DNA from: Klebsormidium nitens
Lineage: Eukaryota; Plantae; Klebsormidiophyceae
NCBI GenBank assembly: GCA_000708835.1
Contig: DF237245.1
Span: forward strand, 52,491-110,037
Direction of reading: 5' to 3'
Length of the DNA stretch: 57,547 nucleotides
Shown: positions 9,963 through 22,599 of the stretch, one piece after another
How positions within the stretch are numbered: the first letter of the stretch is position 1
Layout: the number at the start of each line of letters is the position of its first letter
The notes under the pieces: generated by a model
What the model was told of the DNA's origin: nothing
The model's database searches: none
The model's input: only the letters and a program-made list of their open reading frames with translations
Program-made: the position numbers and the translations under genes

Positions 9963-12900
9963 TTACAGACTAGGCTGATTCATATTGCCTCCTGCTCCTG
10001 ACATAAGCATAGCTACAGCTCTCGCTACTGCCTGCGGATCAAATTGCGCCGGTGCCGGGCAGCTTGGTACCCCTGGAATGTTTGTACCGGCCACGCTTTG
10101 CCCCACGTTCACGGGCTGTGAAGCAAGCGGGGTCCTAACGCTACCACTTGAAGCGTAACTGTTGGTCTGAGCGACGTTCGGAGGAGCAGCGAACTTATCC
10201 TCTCCGTTCATGAACAAAGAGGGTTCTGGAGCCCGGATGAACGGGTACTCCGCACCTCCGGCAAACTCGTCGACCTCCGCCTGAAGTGTCTTGATGCACG
10301 CCTCGTAGTGCAACGCCATGCTGCCATCATTGGGCAGTCGATCTGATGGAGCACGGTTTTCTTGAGGATTACCGATAACCATGTCAATCTGTGGAGGAGG
10401 GAGAGACGAGCGTGTTAAATACAGTCCGCATGGTCTGGCCATGTAAACCAATTACGAGACAATAATTCGATTTGGACGCTACTTTTCTGAATGACTGCAA
10501 GCTGATTGAAGCTGACCGACGGACTCTTAAAGGCCTCGGGAGCGGTGCTTTGAGCGAAACTAGACCCGCCAACCAAAGGCAGAAAGAAAAAGCAATATTT
10601 AACGAATGAATCGTAGGCAAAGGCTCAGTAAAGCGGAAATTAAGGGGACATGTAGCCTTCCGTTCTATTATCTTCTAAAGACCCTTGCAATCAGTCACGT
10701 GAATCTCAGAACTGACGTTGTTAATCTTGATTTTAATCTTGAAAAGACGACTCGAGCAGGGACACTAAGTACTCCTTCGTGAGAAGGCAGACCTGGGTGC
10801 CAATGACTGTGCAGACATAATTTGAATCAGAGTGAAAGATTTCGTCGAAGAGAACTCACCACTGCAACCACGATAGCTGCTTGCTGAATGAAGACGTGCA
10901 ACTCGTCGACCCGCTCGTTCCAGTTGGCGAGGAACACGTGGCCAATGACCTTCTTCAGCCTGACGTCTCCCAAAGGATCACCGTTACGCACACGGAAGCC
11001 GGTGCCTGAGTAAGGAACATGTCAAATGTCAGATCGTTGATCAGCTTGACTTCAAGCCTTCATTCAATCTTGCCGATCGAATCAGGTTGATTCCATTGCA
11101 TACTTCGTAGACCTGCGGCCCATTCCTCTTTTGCTAGATCTCATTGGGATCGTTTCTTGCAGGAAGGAGCGCTTGCCTCTTAGAAAATGCAGGATATTAA
11201 GAAGTGCCAATCAGTGCAGAGTTTAGATTGAGCAAAGAATTACGAAGCAGAACAAAGCTGACTTGTAATGTGTACGTTGATTATAAGCTCCCTTCAGGAC
11301 ACAGGGTTTAATGCTTGAGAAATAAGTGTATCCCCATGCTGCGCAGGTCAAGCAGTAGTTCAAACTCAGCGTGGTTTCAATAGGACCTCGAACACCAATG
11401 TTGAGTCCCTGGGGCAGACAGGCCGAGTACAGGTCGCAAAGTCTGTTTATCAGGTCAACATGTAAAACAGTGCTGTAGCTTATAACGTGGGACTTGAAAG
11501 CAGAAAACTTGCAAGCAAACGTTAAGAAGCAGACCCTTTCAAAGGTCTCACAGTCAGATTTCATTAATGGGCTTCCAGAAATATTGCAGTGTTCTAGCTG
11601 CTTGAACAAAGTCTGGGGAAGCTTACCTTGCAGTGGGGCGATGTCAGCCAGGAAGCCATTGTAGTCCGACTTCGGCTTCCGGATGTTGTAAACCAGATGT
11701 AGTCGATGTTTGACCTTCTTGACCACCTCGCTGCGCTGCTGCATCTGCTTGGTGGCAGCCGCCTGCCAGAGTTCTCCATGATTGGCCACCCACCCAACAG
11801 TCCAGTCGTAGTCGTCTTCGGGCACCTTGAGCAGGACCCGCGCCATTTTGGCAATTGGGTCCACCGTGGTGTAGAAGCCTCCCTCGAGAGAGCCGTTCTC
11901 AAACACTGCGTGAACCGCCATCCCAATCGTCTTCTGCAGAGGTGGAGCAATCAGGCTAGTTTGATGTGTGAAACACATAAAACATAAGTAGTATGAAGAT
12001 TCTGATTGCAAAGAAGTGGGCGCGCACAGGGAATGCACATGCCTAGCTGCTTGTGGACAGGTTGCTAATGCAAACAGGAAGTGAGGTTTGCGCCTTCAAC
12101 AAGGGAGCAAACTTCTACAGCTCTGGAAGATTGTTTACAAAGAAGTATAAGCTGCGGTGGGTAGCTAAAGCTGTTTTTGGATTGATTGCGATCTGACACG
12201 GGTCCCCTTAAGCAGGCTGGACACCGCCTGATTGGATTCCATATCGAAGAGAACGTTTAGAGTCCAAGTTGGAAGCTTTGAAAGTATTTGCTGCAAGTGA
12301 CCATGACCTTCTGTTCAACATGTTTGGTGGATTCAGTCAACTATTGTCCAATAAGTGCTCTCAGAGATTTGCTCACCAGCGTCTTTGGGGTGTTGTACTT
12401 GTTGGTGGCTCCGCTAGTGTTCCGTGGCGCGTGGGATGTTGCCACCGAGCTTGGGCTTCCACCTTGCAGGGCGCCTTGCATTGCTTGAGTCACCATGGCC
12501 TGGATCATCGGAAGCAGGCGCATCATCCCCCCGGGAGGCGCCTGGATGGCTGCAAAGCTCTAGGACAAGCCAGACGCAGCTGGTGGCGAAAAGCCGAATG
12601 GCACTAGAGCTGTGGAGGCAGCATTCTGGCTGCCTTGCATGGCCAGAAGCTCCTTCTGGAGCCTGATCTTCTCTTGGAGCTGCAAAATCTGGCTCTTGGA
12701 AGTCACTGCTCCTGGAGCTCCACGCTTGGCAGACGGTTTCTTCGAGGTACCTGCAAAGAGATGCAGCTTGTGAGCAGGGGGAACTGGGGATAAGTTGAGG
12801 AGAGGAGTAGCGACTTTTAAAGAGTGCTCAGGATATAATTGTTCAAATCCCAGCTTTCTGTCCGCTGCCGTCGTGTAACACGACTCTCACCAAGAATTCC

Positions 12901-13690
12901 AAGAATTTAGCTAATGCTTACACACCTTCCCAACCTTAAGGCCATTCCAAAGAGCATCTGAGCTCAAAGCACTGACTTGAGAATATTTTGATAAGAGCCC
13001 TCACAAATATTTGGTTATAAGAAACCCCGAGGCAACGAACGTCAGACAACAACACCTACATAGCTGAATGCTTGAAGGTGTCTCGCAAAGCCTGATCCCG
13101 TCCGATGGGTTTGACCAAGGTCAAAAGAAGGAGAAAACAAACTCCAGTGCTTCGCATGTTGCAGCTTAAAGAAAGCGCCTGTTAGCTTCGCCCCAACACA
13201 TGGAGAGCCTGATTTACTTGCCTGACTTTGTCCCCTTGCGCTTCTTCTGTTGCTTCTCGCTGTGACGCCCCCCAGCCTGTCTTGCATCTTCTCGCTGCTG
13301 CCCTTTCTCCCGAGCCTCCTCCATGATCTCCTCCAGAGAAGGCAGCTTGTCAGCAAGGCGACTTCCTTTGACCGCTGACCCTTCACCGTCCTCAGCTTCG
13401 CTTCCCTCCTCTCCGTCCTCCTCATCTCCTTCCTCCTCTTCCTCTTCGTCGTCGTCATCTTCCCCTGACTCGTCGCTGTCATCTTCAACGTCCTCCAGTT
13501 CAATTTCCGTCTGTCGCCTGCTAGCTGCCTTTTGTGATCTTCTGCGCAGGGGACTCCGGCTGCGGTCTCCATCATCATCGTCATCATCGTTAAAAACTTG
13601 CTTTTTCCTCCTCTTGTTCACTGCCGAGACATAGCCCTCATCCTCCCCTCGTGCCGGAGGTCTCCGCTCCCTCTTGTCAGTAGCAGGCAT
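9963..13690 (-). CDS. Transposon-borne accessory gene, multi-exon, with an acidic/basic low-complexity N-terminus; probably damaged
   Basis: Exon 1 runs from ATG 13690 to ~13217 (MPATDKRERR...DDDDEEEEEE...KKRKGTKSG). Further exon-like blocks with GT/AG borders are ~12750-12375 (QILQLQEKIRLQKELLAMQG), ~11935-11630 (KTIGMAVHAVF...DYNGFLADIAPLQG), ~11010-10860 (DVRLKKVIGHVFLANWNERVDELHVF) and ~10390-9963 (IDMVIGNPQ...NQPSL*). There is an in-frame TAG at 12560-12562. Confidence 0.65.
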
Positions 13691-14345
13691 GGTGTACTGC
13701 GTCAGCTCAGAAAGGACCGTTTGCAGTTAAAAGCTAGCGACTAAAGGCGCTTGAAGAATGCTTGCGCATGCAGGACAACTGATAGAGGAAAATTCTGAAC
13801 ACCGTATCTAATGGGGCAAACATCTCGGGAAAGTATTTGAACTAGTACTAGTAGCAATGAGGAACGGGAGCAGGAGCCCGCCAAGTGCCTCCAACCACCT
13901 TCCAAGTTGAGAATCAATACGTAGTCATTGCTCTCATTGGCAGGCGCAGTCAGCCAGTACGCTACAACGCTTTCTGAACTTGGGCCAAGAGAAATTTGAA
14001 ATTTGGCGCGAGAATCAGCCACAGCGGTCGATATAAATCTTTCCAGCACATCGACGGTACACACTAAAAACTGCATACAAAATTGAAACCTTTTTTGACA
14101 TGCCGATCAGAAGAAATGGCGCGCGCCCTACCACCAGCGCGGCCGGGCCCGACCGCTTTCCGCGGCCGCTCGATCAGGCTTGAATGCTCTAAATAGAGAC
14201 CCTCAATCTGACTGGTCAGAAAGTGGACTTCGTCGTTTGGGACTTCAACATTTCTCAAGGGCTGCGCTGCTTCCCCACTGCACTGCAGGCAGAGGAGAGC
14301 TGGGGTTTTGACAGTCCTTTTGAAAATTTGTCTTGAAAGGACAGC

Positions 14346-17300
14346 ATGTTTAGCTGTACGTGTGGCTCTGCTTTTCCAACAGCACAGCAGCTGAGCAATC
14401 ATCGACGCAGTAGCACTCGCTGTGGGTCTCAAAATCCAACGAAGCGTCCAAGATTGGGTACACCGGGTTTTGCTCCATTCTTAGGGGCTCAGAATCTGGC
14501 AGCAGGTGTTGTTGCAGGTCAATGGGGACCCGCCCCAGCTGCAGGGTTGCAGGACCGGGAGAGGGGAGGTTTCTCCTTTGGGAATGCACCTAGCATTATA
14601 TCTATTGGCCAGCCTTCGAGGTTTCAGTCTGCGATTGATGGCTATGAATCTCCGTTACCAATGTCAGCAGGCAACTCTGAAGGCAACGTCCCCCTCCAAG
14701 ATCAAAGCTGCTCATCAGCTCCCATCCCACAAGCATTTGACCCTAGCAAAGCCTTGCTGGACTTCTTGACAAATGCTTGCCAGGGCAAAGGGTTGTGCAA
14801 CTCTGACATAGATTGGCTGCTTGGAATCATTTTCCATCCACATTTTGACAGGGAGGAATTAGAGTTTCGAAACTCTAAACAGTACCGCAAGTTCCAAGAT
14901 GGCCTACAAGCGATTCAAAATGCAATGGCAGCGCTGGAACTAGGCGGTCTAGTACCAGATGAGAAGGTGAGCCATCAAGGTGGTGCCTGAAAGCGGCTCT
15001 GGTTTAGAGTGTCTTTGACACTCACTTGTTGTCTTTGAGTCAATTGAGCTGCATTGTAATTGAGCTGTCCTCTGCTTCTGATACGTGTTCATTGTGGAAC
15101 TCAATGGCAATCCTGATGTACGAAAACGTTGCAAAGATGTTGAATTTACAAGTATGAGAAGAAGGCTTCATGCTTGTGGTGCATTGAAGAGCTTACGCTG
15201 GAGGTCATGGGATGGGGCCTTCGACCTACCAATGAATGTGATACTAGTTCCCCCTTTGAGCAGGGCTGGTACTCGCGAAATATGCGACAGGAGGGCGATC
15301 ATCAGGACCTGATCTTTCGGTGGAGGGATCCGGTCGAACTGGTCCGCAAGCTGTACGGCAACAAGCGATTTCGAGGGTCGTTCAAGGTCTATGCAAGGCC
15401 CATCTATAACAAGGATGGCGAAAGGTGTATCACTGATGCGGCATCTGCCGATTGGTGGCTCCGATTTCAGGTAAATCTATTGAAACTATAATCTTGCGCT
15501 CTACTTGTGTGCGAATCTGCTGCAGCGCAGTGGTCATGGTGGCGGAAGAAGTTGCTCATTGTAATGCTGGTTTTATTGCATACTCCCGCTTGGAAGCAGT
15601 TTCTTTGCTTGGACCTTTGCTTGGTTCTTTTGCTTGGACCTTTTGTCATTGGCCTGACGGCGAACTATCTCGGGGAGCGTCCATCGTTTGGAGCAGATGT
15701 TTGCGAACTGCCACAAAAAGTTCTGAACTGATTGTTTACTATCCTCGATTTTGTCGGTTTCTGCTCTAAATCAAGGTCTTGTGTGCAGGAGAGAATCGAT
15801 GGCCTGGTCGCTGCTGTTGCGCTCTACAGCGATCCGACGGCGGTCTCGAGCGACATGACCATCACTGGGTGGCCAGTAACGCTTACCATCAGGAACATTG
15901 GTCCGACCGTGAGGCACCGGGGGGAGTTCGCTATTCTCGCGGGTATCGTGGCGCAGCTCCAAGAGCTTCCAGAGTATGGTAAGATCTGATCTGAGAGCTA
16001 GTGCAAGCACTGCAATCTATCTGACCAGCCACGCTGCCATGTCACGGTTGGCTGCATTGCACAATGTTATTGCTTTTACAAGTGATGCACTCTGATTCCT
16101 CATAATAGCGGCCCTTGAAGATTGTTCACCCAAACCACGCTGTGTTGTCAGGTTTCATTGCTTCCTCAAGAGCATTCAAGGAGCGACGCTCCACTCTCGT
16201 GTGGCAGTGCGAGATCCAGCTCTTATCAGTCCTGAAAGCTGCCAGCTCGAGGTGAGCGCCACTGATTTGAGAATCCTTAGCCGTGAATATTTCCTGCCTG
16301 TCCTCTTGTCCGCCGTTTGAGTGGATGGTAGAACCAGATATGCTTGCGCTCGGCAAGCATTTGCTTTGTAGAAGCCAATTGGGTTTGCAAGAATTGGGTT
16401 ATCTGCAAACGGCCTGTTTAATGACAGTACCATCACAAACTGTCCTAGGTGCCTTGAAGGTCACTTCCTGTTGCATCGTTTGATCAGTTTGTGCGTCGTC
16501 TTATTTTCCAACTTCATTCTGCTTCTCACATTCCTGAAATGCTTTGCAGAGGTGTTTACATGCGCGATCCCTGGGGCGTGCTACGGAAGGTTTACCCCGG
16601 GCTCCACTCTTACAGCTGTGATCTTCAAAAAGCTTACAAGCTCGGGGTTGTGAAGACTGGACGATGCCTTGTCTGCCTTGTTCCGGTTGCGGAGCTCAAC
16701 GATCTGGAGGGTCGTTGGTCCGAGAGAACGGAAGCTTTTATGGGGGAGGTGGTGACCGTATGCACCGCTGCTCTAGAAGAAAGGAGCCCGGAGTGGTTGG
16801 CAGGGTTGCGCAGGCGTGCGATGAAGCAGGGATCTCTCTACCCATCGAGGTGCGGTTCTGTTTGAAAGGGCAAGCTTGATAGCATTCGTCTCCAACGCTC
16901 CTGGAAGGCTGTTGTCTGCTTTCACGTTGGTCCAAAAGGATGCTAGTAGCTGATGTATATTGGGGGGGCAAATCTGCAAAAGGATTCAGCCAATCCGAAG
17001 CGTGCAAAAGCGGTCAGGTCTTTGTGCTTGTTGGCTTGTGTTTTCTCAGCCTTGCTGTCTTGAGAGCCAAGAGCCCTTGAAAACGAAGCCTTAACCAGGA
17101 CACCTACAGTTGAGCTCATCAACTTCGCTCTTGAGAAACCTGCTTTGATACATGGTGCAATCAAGACGAGCTGTCCATGCAGATTGCGCGGAGTCTCTTC
17201 GATGTAGGCTCGTCAGATGTACTCAACAAAACTTGTCCACGATCAGGATATGCACGAAAGTTGGACTGCCGCATCAATCGATCTTTAGACCATTTGCTTT

Positions 17301-20300
17301 TTGTCGCAGGGCTGCTTGTGGAACTGGTACGAGGGCCTCGACCTGCCGGACGATGTTCGAGACTCCTATCGAGCCCTTGTCCCCAATACTCTCCATGGTA
17401 TCGATCTCGGAATCTGGTTGTACCTGGTCGACGGCATCCGGGACTGGGCTAAGGGGCAGTATACAAGGCAGTTGGCGGCGAAGAGGCTGCGGACAGTGGA
17501 CGCGCGTTTGAGAGGCATGCCTCGGGAGTCGGGCTTCCGTCTGCCAAGGCGGAAGGGCGTTTACATGGAGAAGAAGAAGACTTACAAGGGGTATGAGCAG
17601 CGCAACATGATGCAGGTAACACGAGATTTCGGGCAACCCCGCTGTCTTTTCTCGTATCCAAGTTGGTGGATTCTCGTAAGCCAGGCTTTTGAATCTCACC
17701 AACGTGAACGGCAAAGACAGCAATGAAGCTCTCCGGAATTCCTACCTGTTGCTACATTTCCTGCTTTGTGCCTTGATTAAAGCTACGCAGGCTGAGCAGT
17801 CCCTGACCAATCTATGATTCATGTCGTCTTCGAGTTTTGGAAAGGCGGCATGTCAGATTTGATGAGGTGAGATGTGAAGCCATGTTTTCCATCTCATTAC
17901 TCTCTTCTTTGTTCCTCCTCATCGTCCACGCTTTGTTATTGATACAGCTTTTCGTCTTCGCCATCGTCGGCCTCTTCAAGCAAGCGAACGGCCGTGAGCC
18001 TTTCGTGGAGCTCATTCTACAGTTCCTAGACTGGTATATGCAACTGACCCGGCGAAATCTGCCCAAGTACCACACGAAGGCCAGTCTTCGGAAAACGGAC
18101 AAGTTGGGCATCAAGTAAGTTCGTCTCCCACCAATGAACTCAATGCTCCGTTGCTAAGCATGTAGGCTTTCTAAGAAACAAATCGAAGTTGCTTCACAAG
18201 ACCGATAGTGTTTGCTTCCTGAGCTAGAGCAAAAGAAAACGAGCAGGATTTTTGCAACTTCGGTGCGGAAAACAGAGTCTTATGCGGCAAGAGATGTTAT
18301 CCGCTCCTGACTTTCATGAAGAGTTTCTTTCTCATACGTTTCCATCAAGCGATCACTGCATGTACTCTCAGCAGAAATTGTTGACACGCAAGAGGCTTTT
18401 CGAATTCAACCTTCTCTCCGTTCTCAGTGACCAACGTTGTGTTATAGAATAAAGGTGTGTCGATCTGACTGTCCGTCTGCAGGTTTGGTCGCTCGGCTGT
18501 CCGGTTCCTGTCCGGCGTTCAAAAGTCCGACTTCAAAACGGCCAAGTTCCATCACATACCCCTCTACACCAAGGTCATCCAGGCGCGGGGCCTCACCTCG
18601 GAGACGAGCTGCGAGGAAGGGGAGGGCAGCCACGGCCGCACGTCAAAGAAGGCTTACCAGGCCTCAAACAAGAAGAACACTGGAGAGCAGGTAACTGCGC
18701 TTCCCTGCTGGCTAAATTTATTTTTTCCATCCAGTGTGTTTCCTAGTCGCTTTCGTTTTCCCAGTTCAGATGCCTTTCTCTAACCGGGCCGAAGATATGA
18801 GCGTCTAAGGAGCGACAGGAGAGAATGATAGAAACGAAGAAATTGGTCGACGGAGATGCTGCGACTGATCATCTTGTAATTAACCTTTTGGCGTCCCTTT
18901 TGGTCGGAAGCTGCACGTTTGCGAGATTGCAGGTGGCAGCCCACTGATTCCTTGAAATAAAAGTTGGCGACACTGTTAATTGCCCTTCCACACTTCCACA
19001 AGTCACTTCTCTTGGTAGTCATCTCAAGTACCTCTTCCTGATGATTCGTTTTGTTGGTGACCGCAGGTTATGCGGTTTAACCAACGCCGGCAGAATGTTG
19101 CCGAGTACGTGGAGGGCTGCAATACGGGCCGCCGTGGGTTCCGTATCCAGCGGAGGGTTATGGTGACAGCCCTTGCTGCCACTGAAAAGGTCCGTATCTC
19201 AACATTTGACAGCCGATCTGCTATCGTCAAGGGCAGCCCTTAAAGGTCAAGAATCTAGATAGGGGCTTGAAGCCGTTTGCTTTTTCAGAATCCAAGCTTT
19301 CAAAAAGCCGTTGCACGATCGCAGTGTCTCTTAAACCCAAGCAGCCGTTCGGCGCCACCAGTAATGTGCAAAGAGGGGGGCAGCCGGGCATCGATTAGAG
19401 CCCCCCGAAGCAGACGGATCCAGACAGCCTGGCGCGTATGTTGGTGCATAGCCGGGGGGCCCAGCCGGGCGCCCCGAAGGGAGACTGCGGACTGACTTGG
19501 ACTGTTTTCAACGTTTAAATCGAGAAATCAGGCTACAGTTGAAGTACGGAAACCTTCTGAAATGCCGGCTCTTCCTTCTCGCAGGCGGCTCGACAAAAGA
19601 AACACGTCCTGGCAGCAACTCGAGTACCGCTCCGGTGGGAGTGGCTCCGACCAGCGGGTCAAGCCACGTACCCCCGGTTTCCAGACCCGGGGTCTCGTGC
19701 GGGCAAGGCGATCGTGAAACGGATTGCTCACCAGTACAGCGACCTGCAGCATCTCGAGCGTTGCACGCGTGTATTTCTTGCCGGAGGCCTGCAGGGTGTC
19801 CGAGGGGATGCAGCCTTGCTGGAGAATCTTCCGAATTGCCAGAACTCTGAGGTGAGTCCACTTAAAACACCCTTTAGATGGCCACTTTCAGTTCTAGGGG
19901 AGAGCGACAATTGCCGGACTTTCTGGATGCACCTGGGAACTCCTCGTACGGGCTGTGCCACGTAGCAGCCTTTCTCAAGAAACACGTTACGGTCAAGATC
20001 GTCCGCTCTGTTTTCTCGTCACAATCGTCGGTATGTATGCCATTCAATGCTTAAGCTGGTGTCTAGTCAGTCCTTGGATATCTTGAATGTGCAGCCAGAG
20101 GTCTAAAGCTGTCCGTTGAATTCCGATTGGCCGTCCAGTTCTGTGTGAGCTCTGTCTAGAAGCTCACTCGTTTCTTCTTGTTCTGATTGGTCCGTACTTC
20201 TTTGTACGCTTCTGCCGGCGCTCTCCGGGATTATCTGAAACGGCGAGAAAGATTCTGCATCTGCTACCCTACGGTCTTTACCCGGGCCTGAGCGAGTGGT

Positions 20301-20927
20301 CTTTCTTTGCGGTGTCTGGATCACCGCCCACCGTCCTTTGGGCCTTGTTCATTAGTGTGCATACTTTATAGTTTCCGTCTGCTTCAAACCTGGCCAACCG
20401 TTTAAACACTGCCGACATTCTGTCGCGCCTTTCGACTGACAACGTCGGGTCGGGAACAGATTGCTTTGATACACTGGTTGCAGATCCGGGTTGCAAAGCA
20501 CGCCGCCATTGCACCAGGGAGAGGTAGCCGCTTCCAAGAGCACGTGTCGATCGCGCACGCAGATCCGGAGTTTCACAAGAAGCCGTACTACAGCAACGTT
20601 GCCGTTCTTGCTGCCGATGGCAGCGAATGGTACGCTAACGTGAGGTTATTGTTCTCTCTAACCGATCAGAGGGGTCGCAATCGGAACCTGGTCTTTGTAA
20701 GATATCTTGAGGATTATAGAGTGCCGGACGCAACTACATGCAAGCGGCTGAGTTGGGCCAAATACCTTCATAGAGGCCAGCATGTAGACGAGTGGTATGA
20801 CGTCATCGAGTTGAAAAGCATTCTGCGAACAGTCTACCTGGTGAAGGATTGGAATCGGGAAGGCGGTTTCTATTTAAACAGATTCAAGTGGTCGTCAGAG
20901 AAGCGATATAAAGGGAACAAGGTGTAA
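14346..20927 (+). CDS. Plavaka-type transposase, at least 11 exons
   Basis: The N-terminal Zn-finger-like segment is CTCGSAFPTAQQLSNHRRSSTRC. Family-like blocks include RDPVELVRKLYGNKRF..YNKDGERCITDAASADWW, ALYSDPT..GWPVTLTIRNI, GVYMRDPWG..VYPGLHSYSCD..KTGRCLVCLVP, PNTLHGIDLG, KTAKFHHIPLYTKVIQARG..EEGEGSH..KKAYQASN and a C-terminal YYSNVAV..WYANVRLLF..YDVIELKSILRTVYLV. Inferred exons: 14346-14966, ~15190-15470, 15789-15978, 16152-16251, 16550-16849, 17310-17615, 17948-~18114, 18483-18690, 19067-?, ?-19851, 20484-20927. The family assignment is from remembered motifs, not a search. Confidence 0.85.
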
Positions 20928-21599
20928 GAGTCACTGATCAGAAACCAACGGTACAGTGACTTGGTATGTGTTGCTGGAGGATCGAGATCATCGTAGTAAT
21001 CGTGAGAGATCAGCAGTTAAGATAAGCCCGCCTGTAGTAATGTTGATTACGACCTACTGCCCAACATGTCACCTTGTTTCGCAAGGATAGCGGCCGCCGT
21101 TATGTGCGGCCTGCTCAACACTTCTTGGAAAAAAGCACTAGACCAGATTTCAACGCTGGGATAATGAGATCATCAATCACACGGTATTGGCCTCGGGCCC
21201 CAGACTTCCGGATTGAGTAACTTGTTCGGTCTTAGCTTGCGGTCGGATCCATTTCAGTTTATCTTATGTGTACAATATGAATCTTGCAAGTTAAGCATAA
21301 CAATTCGTTGCGAACAATGGCCGGCCGTAATTAATGCAGCTCCGGGTGAGGCACCGCGCATCAATTGCACATGCGAGCTAAGGGCTAGGTATGTTGGGCA
21401 CGCACGTATCCAAATGGTGTTTCTCGGAAAATATGCATGCGCAGTATACCCGTCTTTGGTCCGTTCGTATAATGATTAGGCCGGATAATTAACATGCAGC
21501 CGGCCCCATGCATGCCAGCCTGGGTGCCGCACCTCGCGCGGCTGAGGGCCGGGATAGCATGTCCTTCACACATCCGATCATTCATATAATATTTTCATG

Positions 21600-21850
21600 G
21601 CATACGTCATACTGCCGCTTCGAAATAGACTAATATAGAAGAACCGACTGAGATACGTACAGTTCCCATGCAAAACTGTATGCCAACGATACAGACTCTA
21701 TACCGCGCCTACATAGTCAGCTTTCCATATAGATTATGGGACATGTACAAGGTCTTTACAGGTCCATGCAGAGCTACATAAATCCTATTCAAAGCCTGTA
21801 TGGCCCAGCTTCCTGTACCGGTTTTCTACCGGTTCTATACGAAACTATAT
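21600..21850. repeat. Right subterminal field of the same short repeats
   Basis: ctgtatg, gatacag, cctgtatgg and cctgtaccgg. The reverse complement ccatacaggctttgaatagg resembles the left-end ccatacaggctctttatagg near 9400. Confidence 0.7.
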
Positions 21851-22599
21851 TGGCTGCCGTTTCGTGATGTGAGCTCATGATTCCTTTGGCATGACGTCGG
21901 ATGCCTTGTCGGCGACATGTTTCGCACGTTCCCCATATGCATCAGGCACAACTGCATAAACGTGCGCCTGCCTTTGTGCCTCTAATTGCTGCGTTGACGT
22001 TGCACTCCTATCGAGTTCTTTTTGCCACTTGTTTCGCTCTCGCGTCTTCTTGATTCATGGACGCGGGCCGCCAAGCTTCTTCTGAAGAACTCGTTTGAAG
22101 GCGCAAGTTCCGTACAAGTAATATGCTGACATGGTTTGGGAAACGAAGGCGCGTGCGGAGATGCAAGCTTCTCATAATTCAATATTATCTCAAAGTTACG
22201 CGCCCACGGTCGGGCGGCCGCGGCGCTCGCAAGTCGGCCGCGCACGCATGCGCAAGGGCTTGAAGCCGCCAGTCAGCCGCGCGGGCGGCCGCGCTCAGGA
22301 GAGGCGGGCGCACATGTTGGTCGGGATCTCAGACCCGCCTGGCCAGCAAGATTCCAGGGAGAAGCCCCCGATTACTTGCAAATCAGCGTGCCTCAAAAAC
22401 CCTCCGCAAGGTGGGCATAGGATCTGGTTGGTGCCCTGAGGTGTTCGACGGCTGTGGGCTTTCCGCAGATCGATCTGCAATCAGGTGCTTTTCCAAGTCC
22501 CATATTGGACTGCTTTTCAGAGAAATCCTGTGGCAGCAATGTGATTGTGATATGAGCTAAACATCCGCGGGGAAAAAATGCTGCGCGCTGGAGCGAAGG

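Larger units (their letters stand above)
9228..21869 (+). mobile_element. Full-length Plavaka-family (CMC-related) DNA transposon, 12642 bp
   Basis: The left end reads CATCACAAAAGGTCACTCGATATCG. The reverse complement of the right end reads CATCACGAAACGGCAGCCAATATAG (18/25 identical). TG flanks both ends (9226-9227, 21870-21871). Removing the element and one TG gives ctccgatgcgtttgagctca, which aligns without gaps to the paralogous empty site ctccaatccatttgagctca at 31294-31313. A transposase gene lies inside. Confidence 0.88.

Noticed and set aside
11223-12038. 271-aa ORF as a standalone gene
   Set aside because: Only its middle looks protein-like and has splice sites at both borders. It is one exon of the accessory gene read through into introns.
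13323-13634. Ser-rich plus-strand ORF
   Set aside because: It is the antisense shadow of the D/E tract of the accessory gene.
15598-15650. Three near-tandem tttgcttgg units in a transposase intron
   Set aside because: A short slippage repeat with no sign of function.
9231-21866. Alternative transposon boundaries CAC...GTG with an AT target duplication (CACTA-like)
   Set aside because: This leaves 5 extra nt relative to the empty-site paralog at 31294-31313. The CATCAC...GTGATG plus TG model aligns without gaps.
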